Assembly: GCA_020722185.1 (NCBI GenBank)
Contig: DYLH01000007.1
Coordinates: forward strand, 1-62,841
Reading direction: 5' to 3'
Length of the DNA stretch: 62,841 bases
Source of the DNA: Candidatus Avelusimicrobium gallicola
Lineage (GTDB): Bacteria; Elusimicrobiota; Elusimicrobia; Elusimicrobiales; UBA9959
Positions within the stretch are counted from its first letter, which is position 1; each line of letters opens with the position of its first letter. The notes below the pieces were generated by a model. That model saw only the letters and a list, made by a program, of their open reading frames with translations. It ran no database searches and was not told where the DNA came from. The position numbers and the translations under genes were made by a program. This document shows, one piece after another, positions 48,612 through 58,169 of the stretch.

Positions 48612-49072
48612 CAAAAAACCTCTATAAAAAAATGGCCATAAAAGCGGCTCTTTTGGCTCACTCAAAAAAAGCTGAAAACATATTGATATACGATATTTCA
48701 TCAAATAGTTCGCTTTTTTATTATGCAGTCATTGTGACTGCCTCATCCTTACCTCAAATACGGGCCATAGCTGAAGAAACGGTTTCTCATTTCAAAAAGC
48801 TTGGTTTGTACAGTCAATATCGCGACGGATCAAATTCAGCAAAATGGCGAGCTCTGGATTATTATGGATTTATAGTTCATATACTTGACCCTGAAGCAAG
48901 AGAACTATATGCCTTAGACAAACTTTACCACGATTGCAAAAAAATTGATTGGAAAGAAGTAAAAGAAGAATCTAAAATTTCAAAGGCTACAAAAAAACAA
49001 AAAAAGAAAAGTTCAGCAAAAAAACCTGAAAGCATTCGCAAGAGAATAGCGCGCAAGCGCAAAAGTTCGTAA
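48608..49072 (+). CDS. rsfS: Ribosome silencing factor
   Basis: KKAENI, VIVTASS, WRALDY, VHI, ELYALDKLY; basic tail. Confidence 0.88.
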   Translation: MTKNLYKKMAIKAALLAHSKKAENILIYDISSNSSLFYYAVIVTASSLPQIRAIAEETVSHFKKLGLYSQYRDGSNSAKWRALDYYGFIVHILDPEARELYALDKLYHDCKKIDWKEVKEESKISKATKKQKKKSSAKKPESIRKRIARKRKSS

Positions 49073-49205
49073 GTCTTAAAGACATAAGTTTCAAAGTTTT
49101 TTAATAGTTTGTTTTTTTTCACTTATGCGCTTATACCTTACGCATTGTAGTATTTTCCTTCAACTTAAACTTTCATATTTTATTACTACGCGATTTTGTG
49201 CGGCA

Positions 49206-50102
49206 TCAGCGTCCCACAATTTCTATTGCTTTTTTTATTGTGTTAAAGTGTATTTTAACTGTCTTATTTATATCGGCGCAATATCCGCCGCTTAATGTAA
49301 GAACAAGTGGCAATCCAGAACTCTTGGCTTTCTCAAAAACTATTTTATCTCTATCCTCTATATCTTCAATAGAAAGACTTAAATCTCCAAGAGTATCTTC
49401 CTTATAGACATCCGCTCCAGCATTATAGAAAATCAAATTGGGACTAAAAGAGTCAAATATATTTTTCAAGGCTTCTTTAAGTTTTGAATTATACACAGAC
49501 CCATTTGTTTTACTCTCAAGTTCTATATCAAGACTACTTTTCTCCTTTTTAGGCGGATAGATGTCTTTAGAATGCATTGAAAATGTGAATACATTTTTTT
49601 CAGCAGACATTATTTCAGCAGTCCCATCCCCCTGATGCACATCTAGATCTATTACTAAAATTTTCTTATCTGAATTTTTTTTAAGCGCTTTTTTTGCCGC
49701 AATAGCTATATCATTTACAAGGCAAAATCCCGCCCCATAATCCCTGTGAGCGTGATGCGCCCCACCTCCGCAGTGAAGGCCCAAACCTTCTTTGAGAGCG
49801 ATATCGCAGGCCATCATAGTCCCACCACAGTGCAGAAGATGGGCAAAAATAATATCCTTATTAACTGGAAGCTCGGCTGTAAGTTGATCGGCAGGAGTAA
49901 GCTTCATATCAAGAAGCTTTTTTACCCATTTTGTAGAATGTGCAAGCAAGAGATCCTCTTCTGTGGGCATTTCTGGTTCTATTATTTTATCCCGCTTTAT
50001 CACCTTTTTCTCAATGAGCAATTCGCATGTCTTTTCAAATTTTTCAGTTTTAAATTTATGCGATAAATCAATCGTATAAAGTGGAGAGTAAATCAATCTC
50101 AT
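49206..50102 (-). CDS. Zn-dependent histone deacetylase family amidohydrolase
   Basis: GGGAHHA, GFCLVND, DLDVHQGDGT, AGAD, LSGGY; start refined to 50102. Confidence 0.92.
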   Translation of the reverse strand: MRLIYSPLYTIDLSHKFKTEKFEKTCELLIEKKVIKRDKIIEPEMPTEEDLLLAHSTKWVKKLLDMKLTPADQLTAELPVNKDIIFAHLLHCGGTMMACDIALKEGLGLHCGGGAHHAHRDYGAGFCLVNDIAIAAKKALKKNSDKKILVIDLDVHQGDGTAEIMSAEKNVFTFSMHSKDIYPPKKEKSSLDIELESKTNGSVYNSKLKEALKNIFDSFSPNLIFYNAGADVYKEDTLGDLSLSIEDIEDRDKIVFEKAKSSGLPLVLTLSGGYCADINKTVKIHFNTIKKAIEIVGR

Positions 50103-50169
50103 TTTCAACATTTTAGCAAAATACAATCAGTAAAACCAAAGACCTATTGACTAAAGGGACCTAATGGCA

Positions 50170-50198
50170 TTGACAAAGCAATGTTTTAGTGGTAAATG
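50170..50198 (+). promoter_or_regulatory. Sigma70-type promoter of the protease gene
   Basis: TTGACA-17-TAAATG with an extended TG. Confidence 0.4.
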
Positions 50199-50214
50199 TA
50201 TCTAAGGAGGATAT

Positions 50215-51312
50215 ATGAAAAATACATTTTTACAAATATGCGCCGTCCTCCTTTTTGTTTCTCCAACTTTTGCGAGAGAACCCAGAAATCCCTACTATCA
50301 ACCAGTCTCCATTTATGGAAATGATGATAGGAGCGAATTTTACCTTGCTGATGATATAACCAAAGCGCTCGCATCCTCCACTGCCGCTCTTTTTAGAAGC
50401 AAAGACATCTCTGATTTGGGCAATGGCATTTCACAAATAAGGCCAACTACACTTAAAGAAAGATTTAATCTCAAGGAAGATGAAGCTTACAGCAATCAGC
50501 CATCTGTTTCCTTTTGCTCTTCAGCTTTAGTGGGCAAGGATCTGATACTGACCTCTGGGCATTGCCTTAGGCAATTCCCCTGCGAAAAAATAAGAATAGC
50601 TTTTGATTATAGAGTTGATGCGGCTGGGGAATATCCTCAAATGCTCAAAAACGAAAATATTTATTCCTGCAAAAGCATAGTGGCCAGCAAATATGACCCA
50701 AATGGCGCTGATTATGCCATAATAAAAACGGACAGACAAGTAAATCGCACTCCCCTTGCCATAAATAGAACAGATAACATAGCCAAAGGAACTAAGATTT
50801 TTGTGATAGGATATCCATCAGGCCTTCCGGTTAAAATAGCTAACAATGCCAAAGTGAGGGAAGTAAAAAATGATTTTTTTGTTACAGATCTAGACACATT
50901 TAGAGGTAATTCTGGAAGCCCGGTTTTCAACAATCAAACAATGAAAATAGAGGGCGTTCTTTCCAGAGGCGCCACAGACTATGTATATGGAAGCTATATT
51001 TCCGAAGATCTTGAAGCAGACCCGTCAAATCCAAATAGCCCGATATATAAGCCCGGCGCAGCCTATAAAGTTGGACAAGATGAAGGAAGAGGCGAAGATG
51101 TAACCAAATCAACTGTTTTCCAAAGCCTGATTCCAAAAACAGATTTCGAGACGGCTCTTGATGAAGCAATTAAACAGGGAGCTCGCTTTGAAAGAGAGAA
51201 ACAAAATAACATAAAGCCAGCCATATATATACCCTCTCAATGGGGGCAGGGAGTACAGCCCGCTGTATATTATCCTCCAGTCAATACAAATCCAGAACCT
51301 GTAGAAATTTAG
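50215..51312 (+). CDS. Secreted trypsin-like (S1) serine protease
   Basis: Signal peptide, IYGNDDR, CS...LTSGHC (His), DYAII (Asp), GNSGSPVF (Ser); AAGGAGG SD. Confidence 0.92.
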   Translation: MKNTFLQICAVLLFVSPTFAREPRNPYYQPVSIYGNDDRSEFYLADDITKALASSTAALFRSKDISDLGNGISQIRPTTLKERFNLKEDEAYSNQPSVSFCSSALVGKDLILTSGHCLRQFPCEKIRIAFDYRVDAAGEYPQMLKNENIYSCKSIVASKYDPNGADYAIIKTDRQVNRTPLAINRTDNIAKGTKIFVIGYPSGLPVKIANNAKVREVKNDFFVTDLDTFRGNSGSPVFNNQTMKIEGVLSRGATDYVYGSYISEDLEADPSNPNSPIYKPGAAYKVGQDEGRGEDVTKSTVFQSLIPKTDFETALDEAIKQGARFEREKQNNIKPAIYIPSQWGQGVQPAVYYPPVNTNPEPVEI

Positions 51313-53000
51313 TTTTTTCTTTTGTCCATGACATATGCGCTTTTTTCAAAAGCTTTGGCAGCTTTTTTAAGGTCGCTTCCTATATTGCTTATCTGCGCAT
51401 ATGATGTGAGATCTTTCAGGCCATTGTGTACTATTGCCACAGAAATGGCAAGCAGAGGAAATCTTTTAAGAGTTCCTTGCCTGTCAAGACTAGTTATATA
51501 CCCTTTTTCAAGATCTTCTTTCTTATAGAAAGAAGGAGCTATTTCATCAAAAGATTTTGTTATTTTCAGGGCAATTTCTTCAGCTTTTTCATAAGATGTA
51601 ACAACTATAAAATCATCCCCGCCGATATGTCCTATAAAATCGCCTGATTTTTCATTTGGCATAGTGATTTTCACAAGGAGATTGGCAGTTGCTTTTATAA
51701 CTCTATCTCCTGCTTCAAAACCATACACATCATTATATGCCTTAAAATTGTTCAAATCCACATATAAAACTGCAAATTTTTTCTTTTCACTCAAGGCTCT
51801 CTCTATCCTAGACTGTATTGAAGGATTGCCGGGCAATCTAGAAAGAGGATTTGTGTCTAAAACCTGCTTATTCCTCTTTAAAACCATTTTTATCCTTGCC
51901 ACCAACTCATCTGTATCGACAGGTTTTATTAAATAATCGTCTATACCCATTGAAAGACCTTTAAGCTTGGCTTGTTTTTCCCCATAAGCTGTAACTATGA
52001 TAATCGGGATGTGCGCAAAAAGGGGATTCTCTTTCAACTCCGCTGCGGCAGTGAGTCCATCTTTTAAAGGCATATTGTAGTCCATTATTATGATGTCTGG
52101 ATTGCTCTCATAAACAACTTTTATAGCTTCTTCTCCATCAGAAGCAGTGAAAACTTCAAAACCGGCTCTTTCCACAGTCTCTTTGACCAATATCAAGAGC
52201 TCAGTCTGATCATCTGCAAGGAGAACTCTAGGTTTTGAATCTCCAACAAAACTCTGGCTTACTTCTTCATTTATCTTTTTCTCTATTTGTTGCAGAAGGA
52301 ATTTTTCATCTATGTCTTTATATATCATCTCAGGAAGGCCAGTCAGCATCCCCCTATCCTGATATGATTCAAATTTGAGAGCCGTTATGACTATTATAGG
52401 TATTGAAGCCGTTTTCCTCTCATCCTGTAATTCTTGCATTACTTCAAAACCATCTTTGCCAGGCATCATTATGTCAAGAAAAATTAGAGATGGCGAGATA
52501 TTTTTAACAGCTTCAACAGCCCTCTTAGGATTATTTTCCACATAGGCTTCAAAACCCTGCGCGTCAAGAAACATCTTAAGTAAATCAGAGAATTCTCTGT
52601 CATCGTCTACAATAAGAATTTTTTTGCTCTCTCCCACATTTCTCTTCACAGCGCTTTTTAACTCATCAAAATCAACAGGCTTTGATATATACCCGCTTAC
52701 TCTGGGAGAAGGACCAACTATATTCTCTATTTTTCTATTCTGAGAAACCACAAGAATACGACCCTCGCCTGAAGGGTTGTAGTTTTTTATTTTATCTATC
52801 AATTGTATGGCATTAAAACTCTTAGACAGTATGTCCACAATAAAAAGAGAATATGTATTTTTTTCAGCCGAAAAAAACTTGTCTGGCAAATTAGATGAAA
52901 CTGTAAGATTGTAGTATTTTGCGTCAAGAATTTTTCTCACTTTATCTACAAAAATTAAATCATCTGTTAGGAGCAGTATTTCTTTTATGGAATAAGCCAT
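51309..53000 (-). CDS. Triple-receiver GGDEF-domain protein (REC-REC-REC-GGDEF)
   Basis: Three REC blocks (FIVDI/KPVD; IVDDD/LDIMMP; LADDQ/MDYNMP/KPVD); TNPLSRLPG, DLNNFKAYND, GGDDF. Confidence 0.9.
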   Translation of the reverse strand: MAYSIKEILLLTDDLIFVDKVRKILDAKYYNLTVSSNLPDKFFSAEKNTYSLFIVDILSKSFNAIQLIDKIKNYNPSGEGRILVVSQNRKIENIVGPSPRVSGYISKPVDFDELKSAVKRNVGESKKILIVDDDREFSDLLKMFLDAQGFEAYVENNPKRAVEAVKNISPSLIFLDIMMPGKDGFEVMQELQDERKTASIPIIVITALKFESYQDRGMLTGLPEMIYKDIDEKFLLQQIEKKINEEVSQSFVGDSKPRVLLADDQTELLILVKETVERAGFEVFTASDGEEAIKVVYESNPDIIIMDYNMPLKDGLTAAAELKENPLFAHIPIIIVTAYGEKQAKLKGLSMGIDDYLIKPVDTDELVARIKMVLKRNKQVLDTNPLSRLPGNPSIQSRIERALSEKKKFAVLYVDLNNFKAYNDVYGFEAGDRVIKATANLLVKITMPNEKSGDFIGHIGGDDFIVVTSYEKAEEIALKITKSFDEIAPSFYKKEDLEKGYITSLDRQGTLKRFPLLAISVAIVHNGLKDLTSYAQISNIGSDLKKAAKAFEKSAYVMDKRKN

Positions 53001-53070
53001 AATCTGATTTTACAATTTATTAAAACTCTGAACAAACACTAAAGTAGTGTGCACTGAAAAAGCCTAAAAT

Positions 53071-53101
53071 AAAAACGCCCCGCTTTGACACAGGGCGCTT
53101 T
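53071..53101 (-). terminator. Weak intrinsic terminator after the SWIB gene
   Basis: CGCCC/GGGCG stem with a 12-nt loop; TTTTTATTTT follows on the minus strand. Confidence 0.45.
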
Positions 53102-53124
53102 ATTGTCAATCTAAGCAAGCAAAA

Positions 53125-53385
53125 TTATTTCACATGCTTACTGATTAGCTTGGCAAGATCAAACATGCTGATCTGCTTTTTCCCAAAAAATTTGGAAAGC
53201 TTCTCGTCAGCATTGATCATTCTCTTGTTTTTCTTGTCCTGAAGGCCATTCTTCTTTATATATGCCCATATTTTCTTAACTATCTCAGTTCTGGGCATAT
53301 CTTTGGCGCCGACTATCTCGGCAAGAACGGCATCCGGTTTAACAGGAGCCATGAATTTGGCATTACCTTTAGATTTAGCTGGCAT
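53125..53385 (-). CDS. Stand-alone SWIB/MDM2 domain protein
   Basis: LAEIVG...PRTEIVKKIWAYIKKNGLQD..NKRMINADEKL...MFDLAK. Confidence 0.93.
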   Translation of the reverse strand: MPAKSKGNAKFMAPVKPDAVLAEIVGAKDMPRTEIVKKIWAYIKKNGLQDKKNKRMINADEKLSKFFGKKQISMFDLAKLISKHVK

Positions 53386-53462
53386 TTAATCCTCCTTTTA
53401 CCTCGTCAAGTATAATAATACATAATTTTCATAGGGAGCTGTCAACAGAAATCTTGCATTTT

Positions 53463-55010
53463 TTACAGGGAAGGCCCTCCCGATAAAATGTCTTTGTCCT
53501 TAACAGAAAACTTATTAAAGTTGTCAGCGAACATCCTTGCAAGCTCTGTTTTCTTGTTTTCGTATTCTTTTTTATCCTGCCATGCCAAAGAGGGGTTAAG
53601 AACAGATGTATCCGCAGAGCCAAAAGACAAAGGTATCTCAAAACCAAAAATTGGATCCTTTTCATACTTTACGCCTGTCTTATCCCCTGATATGGCAAAA
53701 TTGACTATGGCTCTTGTATCTTTTATGCTTATTCTCTTGCCCACGCCATAGGGGCCTCCGCATAAGCCAGTATTTATAAGCCAGCAATCAGCTTTGTATT
53801 TTTCCATTTTTTCAGCTAGTAGCGAGGCATATACAGTAGGATGCCAACTCATAAATGGCGCTCCGAAACATGCGCTAAATGTAGCCTTTGGCTCTTTTAT
53901 TCCTATTTCGGTATTGGCCACTTTAGCCGTGTATCCGGATATAAAATGATACATAGCTTGAGAATAATTCAATTTTGAAACCGGCGGAAGCACACCAAAG
54001 GCATCGTATGTGAGCATTAGTATATTTTTGGGATGAGGAAATGTTTCTCCATCCACTGCATTGTCTATGAAGTTAAGTGGATATCCAGCTCTGGTGTTTT
54101 CTGTTTTAGAGCCATCATTAAAGTTTACAATTCCGTTTTTGTCAAAAACCACATTTTCCAAAACAGCGCCAAAACTATTTGCCGCGACATATATCTGTGG
54201 TTCGGCTTCTTTTGAAAGGTTTATAACTTTAGCATAACATCCACCCTCAAAATTGAATATGCCATTTTCATCCCAACCATGTTCGTCATCGCCTATGAGA
54301 CCTCTTTGAGGATCGCTTGAAAGTGTGGTTTTTCCGGTGCCAGACAGGCCAAAGAAAAGCGCAGTATCACTATCTTTGCCCACATTGGCGGAACAATGCA
54401 TGGGGAAAACCTTTTTTAGAGGAAGGAAATAATTCATCACAGTAAAAGCTGTCTTCTTTATTTCACCCGCATAACCACTGCCACCTATGATAGCAATCTT
54501 CTTTGCAAAATTTATAATTATAAAAGTCTCGCTTCTAGTGCCATCGAAAAAAGGATCTGCCTTAAATCCGGGCGCAACCACTATATTAAAATCAGGTTTG
54601 CTAAAATTTTCTCTAGCCTCTCGGAAAAGATTTTTCACGAAAAGCGAATGCCACGCATACTCTGTCCATATTTCAAGATTCATTCCATGGCTTCCAGCGC
54701 CTACGCGACATTTTCTCAGATATATGTTTTTGGAAGACATATACTTCTTCATTTTGGAATAGAGCGCTTCAAATTTGTGCTCATCTATCGGCTTATTATT
54801 TTCATCCCAAGATATATTCCCTTGGGAAGAGGGCTCTTTCACTATGAACTTGTCTTTTGCTGCGCGCGCAGTATGGTATCCCGTATTTACCGCAAGAGCC
54901 CCAGTTGAAACTATGTTTGCCTCTCCATTTCTTACAGCATGCTCATACAGCTCTCCGACAGTAAGATTGGTAAAAACCTTATTTTGACCTTTTATCTCCA
55001 ATGTGTTCAT
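53463..55010 (-). CDS. pckA: Phosphoenolpyruvate carboxykinase (ATP)
   Basis: YAGEIKK, MHCSAN, FGLSGTGKTTLS, GDDEHGW, EGGCYAK, ENTRAGY. Confidence 0.97.
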   Translation of the reverse strand: MNTLEIKGQNKVFTNLTVGELYEHAVRNGEANIVSTGALAVNTGYHTARAAKDKFIVKEPSSQGNISWDENNKPIDEHKFEALYSKMKKYMSSKNIYLRKCRVGAGSHGMNLEIWTEYAWHSLFVKNLFREARENFSKPDFNIVVAPGFKADPFFDGTRSETFIIINFAKKIAIIGGSGYAGEIKKTAFTVMNYFLPLKKVFPMHCSANVGKDSDTALFFGLSGTGKTTLSSDPQRGLIGDDEHGWDENGIFNFEGGCYAKVINLSKEAEPQIYVAANSFGAVLENVVFDKNGIVNFNDGSKTENTRAGYPLNFIDNAVDGETFPHPKNILMLTYDAFGVLPPVSKLNYSQAMYHFISGYTAKVANTEIGIKEPKATFSACFGAPFMSWHPTVYASLLAEKMEKYKADCWLINTGLCGGPYGVGKRISIKDTRAIVNFAISGDKTGVKYEKDPIFGFEIPLSFGSADTSVLNPSLAWQDKKEYENKKTELARMFADNFNKFSVKDKDILSGGPSL

Positions 55011-55160
55011 TTTTCCTCCATGTTTTTCCACTAAAAAACGGATTAGAGCGCACAAGTTCTAAAGTTCCAAAGTTTGAAAAGTTACAACCTTTAAACTTAA
55101 TCTCTATCTTCTAATATCTGTACTTTTCCGCGCTTTCGCGCTATGGTGCGAAACTAATTT

Positions 55161-56324
55161 TTAAGCTTTGTCAAGATGTTCCCGTATCTTGTTTACGCCA
55201 CGAACGATATCCTCTTTTTTGCCACAAAAGCTTATTCTCAAGTGACCATCCATACCAAACTCAGCGCCCGGAACTGTAACAATGCCAATTTTCTCTATAA
55301 GCTCAGCAGAAAGCTTCTGGCTATTTTTTTCATAAGCAGAAAAATCTGCAAAACTATAAAAAGTGCCTTGAGGTTTCTCAAATTTCAATTTCTTAAATTT
55401 TTTAAATTCTGCGACAAGAGTATCTCTTTTCTCCTCAAGTTCTTTCACCATCCTTCTAGTAAAGGCATCCCCCTCAGACAGCGCTCCCAGAGCCGCAACC
55501 TGACTTAACTCGCTTGGGCAGGATGTGATCTGAGCTTGAACCCTTGTCATAGCTGAGGTCAAATTTTTAGATGCCACGGACCACCCTATTCTAAAACCAG
55601 TCATTGAAAATGTTTTGGAAACGCCATTTATCGAAACTATATTCGAATTATTTATGTCCCGACTTGAAAAAGAGAAAGCAGACGGCACTATTTCTGAATC
55701 AAAAACAAGCTTATTGTATATGTCATCCATTAAAAGGAAGATATTTCTCTCTTCACACAATTTGACAATTTTCCTTATGAATTCAGCGCCATATATCAAG
55801 CCGCTTGGATTATTTGGGGTATTGAGCATTATAGCCTTTGTCTTATCATTTACATGAGATTCTATCTCCTCAAATGAGCACAAAAGGCCTTTTGATGGTT
55901 TTACCGGAACGGGCTCGCCATAAACCATTTTCACCATTTCGGTATAACTCACCCAATACGGAGCGGGGAAAATCACCTGATCTTGTGGATTTATGGCACA
56001 AAAAAGAAAATTGTATATGGACTGCTTGGCGCCAGAAGAAATAACTATATTTTCAGGTTTTACATTAATGCCGTAATTTTCTTTTGTGTATTCGCAGACC
56101 TTTTCTTTTAGTTCGACTATGCCAGAAGTGCCTGTGTATTTGACCCTTTTCGAATTTATTTTCTTTATAGTCTCCTGCGCTGCCATGGAAGGGATATCGA
56201 ACTCTGGCTCACCACCACCAAGATGTATTATATCTTTGCCCTGTTTTTTGAGATTATTCGCAAGTTCATTTAATTTGAGAGTGGCAGATTGTCCAATTGA
56301 GGCAGATATTTTACTCAGTTCCAT
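55161..56324 (-). CDS. PLP-dependent aminotransferase, class I/II (AspC-like)
   Basis: GGGEPEF, GAKQ, NTPNNPSG, DDIY, SKTFSMTGFRIG. Confidence 0.92.
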   Translation of the reverse strand: MELSKISASIGQSATLKLNELANNLKKQGKDIIHLGGGEPEFDIPSMAAQETIKKINSKRVKYTGTSGIVELKEKVCEYTKENYGINVKPENIVISSGAKQSIYNFLFCAINPQDQVIFPAPYWVSYTEMVKMVYGEPVPVKPSKGLLCSFEEIESHVNDKTKAIMLNTPNNPSGLIYGAEFIRKIVKLCEERNIFLLMDDIYNKLVFDSEIVPSAFSFSSRDINNSNIVSINGVSKTFSMTGFRIGWSVASKNLTSAMTRVQAQITSCPSELSQVAALGALSEGDAFTRRMVKELEEKRDTLVAEFKKFKKLKFEKPQGTFYSFADFSAYEKNSQKLSAELIEKIGIVTVPGAEFGMDGHLRISFCGKKEDIVRGVNKIREHLDKA

Positions 56325-56405
56325 AGAATGCCCCTTTTTAGCCGCAAAGAAATTTTTGTTTTATAAAGAACGAAAGCGGCTCAGTCATATACACTAAAAA
56401 ACTCA

Positions 56406-56477
56406 AGGCGCGGGTCGGAATCGAACCGACGCATAGCGGTTTTGCAGACCGCGGCCTTTCCACTTGGCTACCGCGCC
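56406..56477 (-). tRNA. tRNA-Cys(GCA), CCA not encoded
   Basis: GGCGCGG/CCGCGCC acceptor stem, GCGGT-CTGCAAA-ACCGC anticodon arm, GTTCGATTC T-loop, U discriminator. Confidence 0.97.
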
Positions 56478-56523
56478 ATATAGTTTATATTATCAAAATT
56501 CTAACCTTAACATCAAATATGAT

Positions 56524-56940
56524 TCATTCCCCTATTATCTTCACCATTACTCTCTTCTTTCTGCAACCATCAAATTCACCATAGAAAATCTGCTCCCATG
56601 GCCCAAAATCAAGCCTTCCACTTGTAACTGCGATGACAACTTCCCGACCCATAATTGTGCGCTTCAAATGAGCGTCCCCATTGTCTTCCCCAGTCAAGTT
56701 GTGATCATAGCCATGCGCGTCATAAGGAGCCAATTTCTCAACCCATTTAAGAAAGTCGCGATGAAGACCTGATTCATTGTCGTTTATAAAAACGCTGGCT
56801 GTTATATGCATGGAATTCACAAGACAAAGTCCCTCTTTTATTTGCGACTTTGCCAGCTCCTTTTCGACAAGGTCGGTTATATTGACTATTTCATATCTCT
56901 TGGATGTGTTCATCCATAAATAAGCTGTATGAGACTTCAT
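56524..56940 (-). CDS. yjbQ: YjbQ (UPF0047) family protein
   Basis: [32 protein letters not shown]. Confidence 0.92.
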   Translation of the reverse strand: MKSHTAYLWMNTSKRYEIVNITDLVEKELAKSQIKEGLCLVNSMHITASVFINDNESGLHRDFLKWVEKLAPYDAHGYDHNLTGEDNGDAHLKRTIMGREVVIAVTSGRLDFGPWEQIFYGEFDGCRKKRVMVKIIGE

Positions 56941-56948
56941 TTATCCTC

Positions 56949-58121
56949 CTAACTCTTTTTTCTGGCCTCATATTTTTTTTGAGGGTCAAAAGGAAATACA
57001 TACGGCGAATTCCACGATCTCTCAAATATATCATGCCCGAGCTTTCCAGCAGCTAAACCTTCAATTACCACTGCCGCGCCGCGCGTCTGATAAAAATATT
57101 CATATCCCCAGTTTGAAGTGCTTATCATCAAGATGCGCCTGTCTGAGCAGATATATTTCAAATGCTCAACTCTTGAAAAAGGGATAAATCCGCCTGAAAA
57201 TTCAGGTATTGAAGAAATCTTTATCTCTATGTTTTCTATTCCAGAAAGTTTTTTTATGGCAGCTTCCTTGCCATAACCTAAAGCCCAATCTGAAAAGATA
57301 AGTCTAACCTTCACGCCCCTTTTAGCAGCTGAGATAAAAGCTTTCTCTAAAATGTCAAATTTTCTTTTGCTGGAATATGTCATAACCTGAGCCACAATGC
57401 TTTCTTTGGATGAATTTATAATTTTAAGAATTTCATCTATCTCTGAAGTGTATTTCCCGCCCTTATCTGGAGAAAAAGCCATACACCACTTTACTTCCTC
57501 ATTAAGGAAAGAAGCTTTTTCTGGCTTCTTGCATGATAAATCGAGCTTTATACGCTTTTTATGGCCATTATTTTCCAGAGCGGCAGTCCAATCTGATTCA
57601 AATATTTTAGAAAGAGCTAAAGCAGCCTTCTTACTTTTCAATCTAAGCCCAAGTTCATGTATATGGGTTAAAGATCTCCAGTCAAAATTTTGGCTACCGA
57701 CATAAGCCTCTGTCCTGTCCACAATGAAAAATTTAGCATGCTGAACTCCGCCGGCTATTTTGCGAAATTCTATTATTCTCACCTCGATATTTTTTTGATT
57801 TAATAAAGGCAAATATTTTGAGCTCACATTCATCATAACCTTTTCAAAAATCACTCTTATTTTCACTCCCCTTTCAGCGGCAGACTCTATGGCTTTCAAC
57901 ACTTCCTGCATCCCCTCGCCTTCCTTGCTCTCCAAATAAAATTGCTCTATGTCTATGCTCTCTTTTGCTGAATTTATCATATCAACCCACACATCAATAG
58001 GCCTTAGAGTAAAAGATGAGCCATACACGGTCTCAAGCGGAACGCTTTCAATAGGCAAAATCTCATCAGCAAAAGCGCAAAACGGAAAAAACAAGGACAA
58101 TAAAAGAATAATTTTTTTCAT
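56949..58121 (-). CDS. Secreted phospholipase D superfamily protein (two HKD motifs, PLD3/K4-like)
   Basis: Signal peptide; ESVP; HAKFFIVD...GSQNFDWRS; HLKYICSD...TSNW. Confidence 0.85.
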   Translation of the reverse strand: MKKIILLLSLFFPFCAFADEILPIESVPLETVYGSSFTLRPIDVWVDMINSAKESIDIEQFYLESKEGEGMQEVLKAIESAAERGVKIRVIFEKVMMNVSSKYLPLLNQKNIEVRIIEFRKIAGGVQHAKFFIVDRTEAYVGSQNFDWRSLTHIHELGLRLKSKKAALALSKIFESDWTAALENNGHKKRIKLDLSCKKPEKASFLNEEVKWCMAFSPDKGGKYTSEIDEILKIINSSKESIVAQVMTYSSKRKFDILEKAFISAAKRGVKVRLIFSDWALGYGKEAAIKKLSGIENIEIKISSIPEFSGGFIPFSRVEHLKYICSDRRILMISTSNWGYEYFYQTRGAAVVIEGLAAGKLGHDIFERSWNSPYVFPFDPQKKYEARKKS

Positions 58122-58169
58122 AATTTTTCTCCCTCTCAATTGAAAACAATCAGAGTTTTAACCTCATGC

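Noticed and set aside
56406-56477. tRNA-Cys as an integration site
   Set aside because: No duplicated 3' end or integrase in the window; the flanks are housekeeping genes.
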